DNA from: an uncultured bacterium
GTDB lineage: Bacteria > Babelota > Babeliae > Babelales > Babelaceae
Assembly (NCBI GenBank): GCA_963722385.1
Contig: CAVRKK010000002.1
Coordinates: forward strand, 128,001 to 192,000
Direction of reading: 5' to 3'
DNA length: 64,000 nt
Shown: piece after piece, positions 41,494-51,117 of the stretch
Layout of the letters: each line of letters opens with the position of its first letter
Numbering within the stretch: position 1 is the first letter of the stretch
The notes under the pieces: generated by a model
Told to the model about the DNA's origin: nothing
The model's input: only the letters and a program-made list of their open reading frames with translations
Databases searched by the model: none
Made by a program: the position numbers and the translations under genes

Positions 41494-43740
41494 ATGAAAG
41501 AAAATAGATTACAGACTTTTTTATGCGTGGGAATCATCGCTTGTTTGGTTGGTATATCGCCCCTTTCTGGTACCGACAATACGCGGCAAGATAATAGGCC
41601 TAGGGCCATGCTCATCGCCTATTTTGATAATCTTATTGCTAAAAATATCATTAATATTGCTGAGCTCAAAAACCTGCATGAGCGTGATCACTTGATTAAT
41701 CCTATAGATGCTGCTCAATCAAGTGCCCATTATGTGCACGCAAAGCAGCTTGACCAGATGCTGAGCCAGGTTAAGAAGCATAAGCAGCTTGATCTAGACA
41801 CCCTTAAAATATGGGTAGTCCAGAAGATTAAAGAACTAGAAAATCAAGCTTCTACACGGGAACACATACATGAAAAAACGACCGCTCTCACGTATCCCTT
41901 AAGTTTTGTTGCACTTCCCGAAGGGACCTATAGAAGCCAACTTGACCAACGTGAATTTATTATTGAGTCTGGTATTGAGATACAAGAAACTCCCGTTACC
42001 CAGTACCAATGGGCAAGCATTATGGGCGATAACCCCGGGCATTTTTCAAGTGGTCTGCAAACACAAGAAATAGTAATCAATGGCAAAAAAACAAAGATGC
42101 AAGCCAACTGGCCGATAGAATCCGTTTCTTATGCTCAGGTGCGAGAATTTATCAATAAGCTTAATGAGCACGATTCAGAATATAGGTACGATCTACCATC
42201 TGTTCAGGAATACGAAGCATTCTTACAAGCAAGCTTGGGCAAAGATTGGCTAAAACAATTACCGCATCTTACTTCTGCGCAAACTACGCATGATGCAAGA
42301 AGTGGCTTTTATGGTGAGCTTAACAAGCAACGTGTCTGGGGAATTATTGGCAACGTTTGGCAATTTACGAGAGATATGGTAATGCTCAACGAAGATACCC
42401 AAGGGTTTCTCGTTTTTGGTGGCTCATACGCTACTAACAGCGCACTTTCTTGTGAGCTGTTAAGGCCGGTACTGAATGGAAAAAATAGTATAGGCAACAT
42501 ACTTGGCTTCAGGCTTGTTCGCTCTAAGAAGTGGGTACCCGAAAAAGAAGCAAAAGTATACGACAACATCGTCTGGGATGAACACGTTATTGAGCAAGAT
42601 CCCCATTGGCATTGGCACCGTAATGGAATATTTGAAGGACCTTTATTCTATGATGACATAATCGAATTCATGCTCAAAAATCGGCAACAATATCCTTTGG
42701 TAACCCGGCGGACCCTTGGGGCTTTAGAACCAGAAAACCATATAAAGCCTAGTCTAACCCGGTTGGTAAATCTTTATGGAATTGGTATACGAGACCTAAC
42801 TCCTCTGAGCTACCTGATTAACCTTGAAGAATTAGTGCTTGGGGAGAATGAGGTATACAATATACGACCTCTTGCTAAACTTGTTCACCTCAAGCTTCTA
42901 GATCTTTCTGAAAATCATATAGAAAATATTGAGCCACTTGCTCATTTAACCAAATTGCTCACCCTTAATCTTGACGACAATAGAATCAAGAATATCGATG
43001 CTCTTAAAGATCTTAGTTCTTTAGAGAACCTAAATCTTGACAATAATAGGATCGACAATATTGAGGCCCTTAAAAATTTAACTCACTTAAAAAGTTTAAC
43101 GCTTAATAAGAATCAGATTAAAAACATTACTCCGCTCCATGACGTTATTCAACTCGAATATTTATCTTTTGCCGATAATCACGTAGCCAATATCGAACCA
43201 CTCAAGGCTTTAACGAATCTCAGAACCCTTTACCTTGCTCGTAATCAAATTCGCGATATTAAGGCACTGGGCAACCTCACGAAACTTAATACACTTTATC
43301 TTAATAGTAACTACCTTCAAAATATTGATATTCTTGAAAAACTAACCAATCTTGAAGGATTGTATCTCCAACATAACGCTTTAACAGAGGTAAAACCGCT
43401 CAAAGGGTTAACAGACCTTTATGAATTATTTCTTGATGACAATGAAATAAAAGATATTGAACCTTTAGCAAATTTGCAGAACCTCGATTCTCTCAGTCTT
43501 TCTCATAATCAGCTTAAGCATGTCACGGGTGTAGATCAAATGACTGATCTCTCAGAGCTCTATCTTGATGGTAATCCTTTAGAAAATCTTACAGGATTTA
43601 ATAATTTAACGAGTGATGCAAGTTTTCAACTCTATCTTGACGAAGAACAAATTGATAAATTTGATGCTCTTGCGTTTTTTAAAAATATTAGCCACGATAT
43701 TAAAGTGATAGGGGTACCTAATGGACCTGAGGACCAATAA
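41494..43740 (+). CDS. Secreted FGE-sulfatase-like + internalin-type LRR protein, paralog 1
   Basis: ETPVTQYQW, PIESVSY, YDLPS..EYE, GNVWQ, FGGSY, GFRLV; about 12 22-aa LRRs. Confidence 0.88.
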   Translation: MKENRLQTFLCVGIIACLVGISPLSGTDNTRQDNRPRAMLIAYFDNLIAKNIINIAELKNLHERDHLINPIDAAQSSAHYVHAKQLDQMLSQVKKHKQLDLDTLKIWVVQKIKELENQASTREHIHEKTTALTYPLSFVALPEGTYRSQLDQREFIIESGIEIQETPVTQYQWASIMGDNPGHFSSGLQTQEIVINGKKTKMQANWPIESVSYAQVREFINKLNEHDSEYRYDLPSVQEYEAFLQASLGKDWLKQLPHLTSAQTTHDARSGFYGELNKQRVWGIIGNVWQFTRDMVMLNEDTQGFLVFGGSYATNSALSCELLRPVLNGKNSIGNILGFRLVRSKKWVPEKEAKVYDNIVWDEHVIEQDPHWHWHRNGIFEGPLFYDDIIEFMLKNRQQYPLVTRRTLGALEPENHIKPSLTRLVNLYGIGIRDLTPLSYLINLEELVLGENEVYNIRPLAKLVHLKLLDLSENHIENIEPLAHLTKLLTLNLDDNRIKNIDALKDLSSLENLNLDNNRIDNIEALKNLTHLKSLTLNKNQIKNITPLHDVIQLEYLSFADNHVANIEPLKALTNLRTLYLARNQIRDIKALGNLTKLNTLYLNSNYLQNIDILEKLTNLEGLYLQHNALTEVKPLKGLTDLYELFLDDNEIKDIEPLANLQNLDSLSLSHNQLKHVTGVDQMTDLSELYLDGNPLENLTGFNNLTSDASFQLYLDEEQIDKFDALAFFKNISHDIKVIGVPNGPEDQ

Positions 43741-45537
43741 AATTTTAGTTTCTATGTCACGCTACCTTGGAAAAGTGCTTTTTATATTCGCTCTTATTTT
43801 CATAAGCTTTAGCGCACGAGCAGAGAGCGTTAATGCAAATAAAGCAACCGATCTTTTAATCGCTTATTTCGATACACTGATTGCTAAAAATATTATGAAT
43901 GCGGACCATCTCAAAAATATTGGTGAGCATCACGACTTAATCAACCCTCTGACTGAAACCGATGCGGCTCAGTCAAGTACTCATCATGTTTACGCTAAAC
44001 AGCTTGACCACATTATTAACCACCTGAAATGCAATGATGTACTTGACCACAAGACATTTAAAGCCTGGGTGGTTTCGAAAATCGAGGAACTCGAAACCCA
44101 CCTATCAACGCGCGAATTAATCCACGAGGAGACTATTAATACCCACTATCCCTTACGCTTTGTTGCTCTTCCTGCAGGCACGTATACCAGCCAACTCGAT
44201 CACAAAGAGTTTATCATAAGCGATGGCATCGAAATTCAAGACAGCCCTGTCACTCAATATCAATGGGCAAGCATTATGGGCAAGAATCATGCCCATTTTT
44301 CTCAGGGCAAAGATTCCTATCAAATAGCACTGAACAGCGAGAGCGTCAAGATACAAGCTGACTACCCCATTGAGTCTGTTTCTTATGCGCAAATACGCGA
44401 ATTTATCAACAAACTCAATGAACAAGACCCTCAATACCTCTATGATTTACTCTCAATTCAGGAATATGAAGCATTCTTACAAGCAAGCTTTGGCAGTGCT
44501 TGGGCTGAATACTTAATCAAAGTCGATAAGAACGAACAGCAACCTCATGCTGTGACCGCGCAATTTTATGAGATGAGTGGCCAACGAGTGCGCGACCTTC
44601 TCGGCAATATCTGGCAATTTACGCAAGACAAAGTACACCTCGGTAACAATATTAATGCATGCGTTGTTTTCGGCTCTTCATACGCGACCAAAAAAGATGC
44701 TTTAGGAACATTGAGAGATATACTGAGGCCGATTATCTATGAAGATAGCATTGGCAAAGACGTTGGATTCAGGCTTATTCGGTATAAAAAAGGTACATCA
44801 CAATGAATAGCAAGAATATATTCAAAAGATGAATTGAACTGGGATAGGCAAGCAGTTGAACAAGATGCAAGTTGGCAGTGGCATCACGACTTCGGCTTCG
44901 CGGGCCTTTGCTTTTACGACGAAGCTTTGCATTTTATGCTGGACAGGAAAAGGTATTATAAACCAGATGTACAACAAACACTCGATTGCTTATATTACAA
45001 GAGTAGACAATTTCGATGCGATAAAACTCATTGCTTCACCGCACTTTCTCTTTACGATAAATACATAACAAACCTCGAGCCACTGGCCTATCTTCAAGAT
45101 CTTTGGTTCCTCGACCTTGAAAGCAATCGTGGCATACGCGATATTCGCCCCTTGAAAAACCTCACGAAGCTTCGCGAACTGTTTCTTGCCTACTCATATG
45201 ATATTGACGACATCAGACCGCTTGCTACTCTTATTAAGCTTGAAAAGCTATCGCTTCAACATAATAAAATAAGCAATATTGAACCGCTTGGTCATTTAAC
45301 AAATCTTAAAGAACTTGATCTTGCTCATAATCAGATCAGCAGTATTGAAAGCCTAGCTTCGCTGAAAGCTTTAAAAATTCTGAAGCTTTCCAGAACCCGC
45401 TCCAAGATATAATGCCCTTAGCCCACCTCACTAATCTTGAAGAGCTCAAGCTTGATCCTGATCAAATAAATCGATTTGACGCCAGATCATTTATCAAAAA
45501 CGTAAACCCTCATATTAAGCTCGTTGAGAGTTGGTGA
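43721..45537 (+). pseudogene. FGE-sulfatase-like + LRR paralog 2, in-frame TGA at 44804-44806 and frameshift near 45387
   Basis: 43721-44806 and 44834-45412 are the same frame; the alternative frame continues QNPLQDIMPLAHLTNLEELKLDPDQINRFDARSFIKNVNP..W* matching paralog C-termini. Confidence 0.85.
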
Positions 45538-45554
45538 TAAGAATTGCCCGAAGC

Positions 45555-46256
45555 TCAAGCTTTTGCCGATGCTAAAAGCTTAATCTCGAGCGTCGTCACT
45601 TTAGGTAGCACCTTGTTCGTCACAGCAATGCCTTTGGAGCCAAATGATGTATCAAAGCTTCCATCAGAATTAAAACGTGCAATAGCAAGAAAATCGTTGC
45701 TAGAACCGGCGATTAAGATTTTGTCATCATGCTGAATAATGACATCATCAGCTAAGCACCACTCATGGTGAGCAGCAAATTTGCCAACCACCATACCGGG
45801 AATTTCGCCATTTTTGAATGATTTATCCGCGGTGCCATCAGCATTATAACGAGCGATTACAAAATAGCGGCTTTTGTAGTTATCGGCTTTTTTAAATGCA
45901 TAACCAACTACAATAATTTTCCCATCTTTTTGCGTAACTTTTTGGCGCACGCGAGGAAGGGTATAACCTGATTCAAAAGCATCAGGCACAACGAAGCCGA
46001 AGTCACTAAATGATCGCGTAATAGGAATAAGGGTATTCCAATGTATAACCGCAAAGGCTTGAGGGCGTGATGTTAAAATTTTCCCATCTTTACCAATTAG
46101 TATTGAACAGGTAAAATTGCTGGTTGCCGAAGCAGAAGCATCTTTCAATGCCAAGCTCGAATCAAGCGCGCTGCCAAAGTTAGAGATAGCAAAATATAAA
46201 AGCACCATTATTAAAGCATAGATGTTAAAATTGTGTTGATCATAATATTGATTCAT
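45555..46256 (-). CDS. Delta-60-type beta-propeller repeat protein, possibly truncated
   Basis: QKDGKIIVVG..FVIARYNADGTADKSF, QHDDKILIAG..IARFNSDGSFDTSFG repeats. Confidence 0.7.
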   Translation of the reverse strand: MNQYYDQHNFNIYALIMVLLYFAISNFGSALDSSLALKDASASATSNFTCSILIGKDGKILTSRPQAFAVIHWNTLIPITRSFSDFGFVVPDAFESGYTLPRVRQKVTQKDGKIIVVGYAFKKADNYKSRYFVIARYNADGTADKSFKNGEIPGMVVGKFAAHHEWCLADDVIIQHDDKILIAGSSNDFLAIARFNSDGSFDTSFGSKGIAVTNKVLPKVTTLEIKLLASAKA

Positions 46257-46410
46257 AATATTCCCTTGCTGGAGTCGACGATGCTAACCAGTTTATACAC
46301 TCAAAGATTTTAATCAACAAGCGGCAAAGGCGTGCCCTGCGACCTCCTCGATCTGAAATTATTCGCTATTTCGAATATTTAATTGCTTTGCCATTATTGC
46401 TTATATTTCC

Positions 46411-46446
46411 GTTGGCAAATTTTCAATTTTTGCTATAATAAGAATA
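46411..46446 (+). promoter_or_regulatory. Sigma70-like promoter, copy 2 of the duplicated element
   Basis: TTGGCA-N16-TATAAT with extended TG; 34/36 identical to 36370-36405. Confidence 0.7.
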
Positions 46447-46535
46447 TATCTTTTACTGTATTAGATTTAAGGCTGGCTCAGCTTAGGAGAGGCCGAGTAC
46501 TGCACCTCGTTTTACCATCCTGATGCAGAGGAGGC

Positions 46536-48503
46536 ATGAGAGATATGCTATCTAGAATCAACGCTTTAAAAGCAATACTTGCGTTATTTATATTGCCAAC
46601 CCTTCTATTAGCACAAGAGCAACCGGACCAAGCTACGAGCCTATTGGTCGCCTATTTCGACAATCTTGTTTCACAAAATATCATCGCCGTAGATCATCTC
46701 AAGCATATCCACGAACATGAAGAATTAACCAACCCCCTCACTGAAGCTGACGCTCTTACCTCAAGCACTCATTACGTTTACTGGAAGCAGCTTGAACAAC
46801 TTATTAACCAGCTCAAGAGCCATCATTGCATTGATAAAAAGAGCATTAAATTATGGGCGGAACACAAAATTGCAGAAGTCGAGAACCAAGCTGCAACCCA
46901 AGAACTGGTACGCGAAAAAACAGCCAATATTTACCAGCCCCTACGCTTTGTTGGCCTTCCTGAAGGCATGTATACGAGCCAGCTTGACCAAGCTGAATTC
47001 GTCATCGAGTCTGGTGTGGAAATACAAGAAACACCTGTCACTCAACACCAATGGGCAACTATTATGAGCGATAACCCCGCGTATTTTTTCTATGGCTTTG
47101 ACTCAGAAGAAATAGAGATCCATGGTAAAAAAATTAAGCTGGTCGCTCATAATCCAGTAGAATCTGTTTCTTATAGTCAAGTACGCCAATTTATCAATAA
47201 GCTTAACGAGCAAGATACTGAGTATACGTATGATTTACCATCGATACAGGAATATGAAGCCTTGCTTCAGATAAGCCTTGGCAACGATTGGCTACATTAC
47301 CTACCAGCATTTACAAGTACGGAGCATACGCAACCGGTAATTGCAAAAGCTTGCGCGCTTGATAACCACCACCGATTAGGAAGTCTTGTTGGCAATGTTT
47401 GGCAATTTACCCGAGATATGGCAAACCTGAGCCATGATACTGAGAGACACCTTGTTTTTGGAGGCTCTTATGCAACGGTACTAGACTCCATAAAAGACAT
47501 AAATAGCTTACTGAGGCCATTATTTTGGAACAGCATAAGCACCGGCGTTGGATTTAGGCTTGCCCGCTATAAAAAGAGCGCGGAGGCAAAAGAAGCAAAA
47601 ACCTACCATGATATCAAATGGGATAAGCAGATTGCTCACCAGGACCCAAGCTGGTATTGGCATACCAACGATATCTTTGAAGGCCCTCTCTGTTATGCTG
47701 AAATGGCATCGTTCATGCTTATTAACAAGCAACATTATCCTGAAGCAACACAACGTACGCTTAATGCTCTCGAGGAAAATGTCGATAATTTTTATAGCGA
47801 AATTCAGGAGCTCCCCGAGATTTTTCTCAGCAAAAAGCAAATAGATGACCTTACGCCCTTGAGAGGGTTGGTTGCTCTTGAAAGACTCTTCCTTGATACC
47901 AACCAAATAAACGATATAAGTGCCCTTAGCAAATTGATTAACCTCAAGGGCCTCGATCTTTCAAGCAATCAAATAGAAAATACCAAGCCGATCGGAAATT
48001 TACCAAGTTTGCAATGGGTCAACCTCGCTCATAATCGTATTCGTCATATTAAAGCCCTTTCTGGGCTGATCAACCTGAAAAAACTCAATCTTTCTCAGAA
48101 TTATATTTCTGATATTAGTTTTCTTGAGAAATTGCCTAATTTGTCACAGCTTTATCTTAATATAAATGCTTTGAAAGATTTGACGCCACTTAAAAATCTA
48201 ACCAACCTAAACGTGCTTTATCTTACTAACAATGATATCGATGATATTAGCCCGCTTAGAAATTTAATTAATCTTAAGGGTCTCGCTCTTTTTGATAATC
48301 AGATTCAGGATATTACTCCTTTAGAAAATATGAAAAATTTGGAGTGGCTTCATTTAAACGGCAATCCCATAGATGATATAGCACCACTTACAGAACTTAC
48401 TAACCTTCGACACATTTATCTTGATAAAAAGCAAATCAAAAAATTTAATGCTCATCATTTTTTTAGAAATATTAACCCAGATATCGACGTGCATGAAGTG
48501 TAG
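46536..48503 (+). CDS. Secreted FGE-sulfatase-like + LRR protein, paralog 3
   Basis: Same architecture and motifs; about 8 LRRs. Confidence 0.88.
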   Translation: MRDMLSRINALKAILALFILPTLLLAQEQPDQATSLLVAYFDNLVSQNIIAVDHLKHIHEHEELTNPLTEADALTSSTHYVYWKQLEQLINQLKSHHCIDKKSIKLWAEHKIAEVENQAATQELVREKTANIYQPLRFVGLPEGMYTSQLDQAEFVIESGVEIQETPVTQHQWATIMSDNPAYFFYGFDSEEIEIHGKKIKLVAHNPVESVSYSQVRQFINKLNEQDTEYTYDLPSIQEYEALLQISLGNDWLHYLPAFTSTEHTQPVIAKACALDNHHRLGSLVGNVWQFTRDMANLSHDTERHLVFGGSYATVLDSIKDINSLLRPLFWNSISTGVGFRLARYKKSAEAKEAKTYHDIKWDKQIAHQDPSWYWHTNDIFEGPLCYAEMASFMLINKQHYPEATQRTLNALEENVDNFYSEIQELPEIFLSKKQIDDLTPLRGLVALERLFLDTNQINDISALSKLINLKGLDLSSNQIENTKPIGNLPSLQWVNLAHNRIRHIKALSGLINLKKLNLSQNYISDISFLEKLPNLSQLYLNINALKDLTPLKNLTNLNVLYLTNNDIDDISPLRNLINLKGLALFDNQIQDITPLENMKNLEWLHLNGNPIDDIAPLTELTNLRHIYLDKKQIKKFNAHHFFRNINPDIDVHEV

Positions 48504-48509
48504 GACGTT

Positions 48510-50756
48510 ATGAATCACCTATCTATTACTGCTAATATCCACCTATTTTTTCACCAGTTTCTAAGAGTAGTGCTCGTTATATTTCTATTTCCGAGCTTTG
48601 CCGTAGGTATACAACGAGAGTCCAATACCACAAACCTCTTGATCGCTTATTTTGATAACCTTGTTTCAAAAAATATCATCGTCGTAGATCATCTCAAGCA
48701 TATCTACGAACATGAAGAATTAGTCAACCCCCTCACGGAAGCTGAGGCTCTTACCTCAAGCACCCATTACGTTTACTGGAAGCAGCTTGAGCAACTGATT
48801 AACCAACTGAAGCGCCATGGCTACCTTGAAAGCAACAGCATTAAAATATGGGCGGAACATAAAATTACGGAGCTCGAAAACCGGGGCTCCCTCAGTGAAC
48901 ATATACATGAAAAGACAGCCAATATTTATTATCCCTTGAGTTTTGCCGCTCTTCCCGAAGGGACCTATAGAAGCCAACTTGATCAAAAAGAATTTGTTAT
49001 TGAACTTGGTGTTGAGATTCAAGAAACGCCGGTGACCCAATATCAATGGGCGAGCGTTATGGGTAACAACCTCGCGCATTTTTCAGATGGGTCGGAATCG
49101 CAAGAAATAGTCATCAAAGGCAATAAAATTAAGATGCGCGCTAACTGGCCAGTGGAATCTATTTCTTATGCTCAGGTGCGCGAATTTATAAATAAGCTTA
49201 ATGAGCATGATGCAGACTATATTTACGATTTACCCTCTCTTCAGGAATATGAAGCATTATTACAAGCAGCCTTGGGTCAAGACTGGCCAAGCCGATTACT
49301 TCAACATACTCCCGCAGAAAATATCCATGACGTAAAATTGGGGCCCTACGGGGAACTTCACCAGCAACGCATTTGGAATATTTTTGGCAACGTTTGGCAA
49401 TTTACCAGAGATAGAGTAATGCTCAATGAAAATACCCAAGGGTTTCTTGTTTTTGGTGGCTCGTATACCACCAAGAGAGATACTGCTTCATTTCATAACG
49501 AATTGATAAGACCGGTCCTGAATGGAGAATATAGCGTAGGTAACACACTGGGATTTAGACTTGTTCGCTACAAAAGGGATACGTCAGAAAAAGAAGCAAA
49601 GGTATATGATGGTATTGTCTGGCACAAACACGCTGATCATCATCAAAACTGGCAATGGCATCGTAATGACGTTTTTGAAGGACCTTTATTTTACAATGAT
49701 ATAATCGAGTTCATACGTGAAAATAGGCAGTATTATTCTGACGCTATTCAGCATACGGTCGATTCTTTATACATTTCTAGCAAACCAAGCTACGTATTTT
49801 TGATATCTCTCCAAAACAAAAAGATACAAAATTTGACGCCTTTAAGTTGTTTTATCAAGCTTAAAGGCCTTGAGCTTGGTCGCAATCAAATACGAGATGT
49901 AAGTCCCCTTAGCACACTCACGAGCCTTAAGGAGCTTAATCTTTCAAATAATGAAATAGAAAATGTTAATCCCATCGGACGTTTATCAAATTTGCAAAAA
50001 CTCTTTCTCAAAGCTAATAAAATTAGAAATATCGGAGCTCTTACGGACCTTAGGCATATTGAGCGCTTGGATCTTACTGACAATGAAATAGAAGATATTC
50101 AAGGCATTGAAAAGTTAACGAATTTACGAGAACTAGTTATTCAGGAGAATAAGCTTAATAACATTGAGCCTTTAAGTAGCTTAATCCATCTTAAATATCT
50201 ATATCTTGATGACAATCAAATTACCACTATTGAACCTCTTGAAAATCTCGCAAGCCTAGAATGGCTTAGCCTTGGGCATAATCCAATTCGCTCTATTAAG
50301 GCGCTTCCATCTTTAAAACTTAGGATGCTCGATCTTCATAATACCTTTCTTAAGGAAATTAATTTTCTTAAAAAATTAACTAATCTTACGAATCTTAACC
50401 TTAATAACAATATGATAGCAGATGTAAAGCCACTCAAAAACCTTACTATGCTTGATAAACCTTCTCTTGGTCGCAACAAAATAAAAGATATTACCCCCCT
50501 TAAAAATTTAACTAATCTTCGGACTCTTTACCTTTCTCATAATCAAATTCGCGATGTTACTGCCTTAGAAAATCTGAAACACCTGGTCGAGCTTTCTTTA
50601 GACGGCAATCCTTTGGAAGATATAACACCACTTAAACAGCTTGCTAATCTTGAAGATATTTATCTTGATAAAGACCAAATCGAAAAATTTAATGCTCATG
50701 AGTTTTTCAAGAATAGCAATCCCGCTCTTGTGGTGCATGAGGTAGAGGAGATATAA
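48510..50756 (+). CDS. Secreted FGE-sulfatase-like + LRR protein, paralog 4
   Basis: Same architecture and motifs; about 12 LRRs. Confidence 0.88.
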   Translation: MNHLSITANIHLFFHQFLRVVLVIFLFPSFAVGIQRESNTTNLLIAYFDNLVSKNIIVVDHLKHIYEHEELVNPLTEAEALTSSTHYVYWKQLEQLINQLKRHGYLESNSIKIWAEHKITELENRGSLSEHIHEKTANIYYPLSFAALPEGTYRSQLDQKEFVIELGVEIQETPVTQYQWASVMGNNLAHFSDGSESQEIVIKGNKIKMRANWPVESISYAQVREFINKLNEHDADYIYDLPSLQEYEALLQAALGQDWPSRLLQHTPAENIHDVKLGPYGELHQQRIWNIFGNVWQFTRDRVMLNENTQGFLVFGGSYTTKRDTASFHNELIRPVLNGEYSVGNTLGFRLVRYKRDTSEKEAKVYDGIVWHKHADHHQNWQWHRNDVFEGPLFYNDIIEFIRENRQYYSDAIQHTVDSLYISSKPSYVFLISLQNKKIQNLTPLSCFIKLKGLELGRNQIRDVSPLSTLTSLKELNLSNNEIENVNPIGRLSNLQKLFLKANKIRNIGALTDLRHIERLDLTDNEIEDIQGIEKLTNLRELVIQENKLNNIEPLSSLIHLKYLYLDDNQITTIEPLENLASLEWLSLGHNPIRSIKALPSLKLRMLDLHNTFLKEINFLKKLTNLTNLNLNNNMIADVKPLKNLTMLDKPSLGRNKIKDITPLKNLTNLRTLYLSHNQIRDVTALENLKHLVELSLDGNPLEDITPLKQLANLEDIYLDKDQIEKFNAHEFFKNSNPALVVHEVEEI

Positions 50757-50760
50757 GCAT

Positions 50761-50952
50761 ATGCTCAATAATTACTTATATTTTTCGATACTTTTTAACT
50801 GGCGCGCTGGCGATAGCAATTTTCCAATCAGCTATACTACAGCTCAAGCAGGCAACACAAGCAGAATATGCAGCAACTGATCTTTTGCTCGCCTATTTAA
50901 CGTAGAGCATCTTAAACGTCTGTATGAGCATGATAAATTAACGAACCCCTAG
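50761..50952 (+). pseudogene. Remnant of a fifth FGE-LRR paralog (N-terminus only)
   Basis: Fragments AATDLLLAY and NVEHLKRLYEHDKLTNP match paralog N-termini (ATDLLIAYF, VDHLKHIYEHEELVNP). Confidence 0.75.
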
Positions 50953-50990
50953 ACAAGTGTAAGCAGTTTGCTCAAAAAATTGTTAGTTAT

Positions 50991-51044
50991 TCGGCTCACA
51001 AAATGATAGAAATTGAGCCGATTAACTGCTATAATCGGCTCACA
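50991..51044. promoter_or_regulatory. Operator-like repeats upstream of the Fic gene
   Basis: tgagccgatta-N7-taatcggctca (51014-51042) overlapping TATAAT; extra tcggctcaca at 50991. Confidence 0.6.
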
Positions 51045-51117
51045 CCTCAACAGAATAGCAAAAATCGTTTAAAAAGCTTTGAGGCATATGTTATATTAAA
51101 AACAAAAATTTGAAATT

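Noticed and set aside
44804..44806. TGA recoding (selenocysteine or alternative genetic code)
   Set aside because: Aligns to Lys, not Cys/Trp, in paralogs; TGA ends many normal genes here; a further frameshift lies downstream
41494..50756. Diversity-generating retroelement acting on the FGE domains
   Set aside because: No reverse transcriptase and no template/variable repeat pair with adenine-specific mismatches seen in the window
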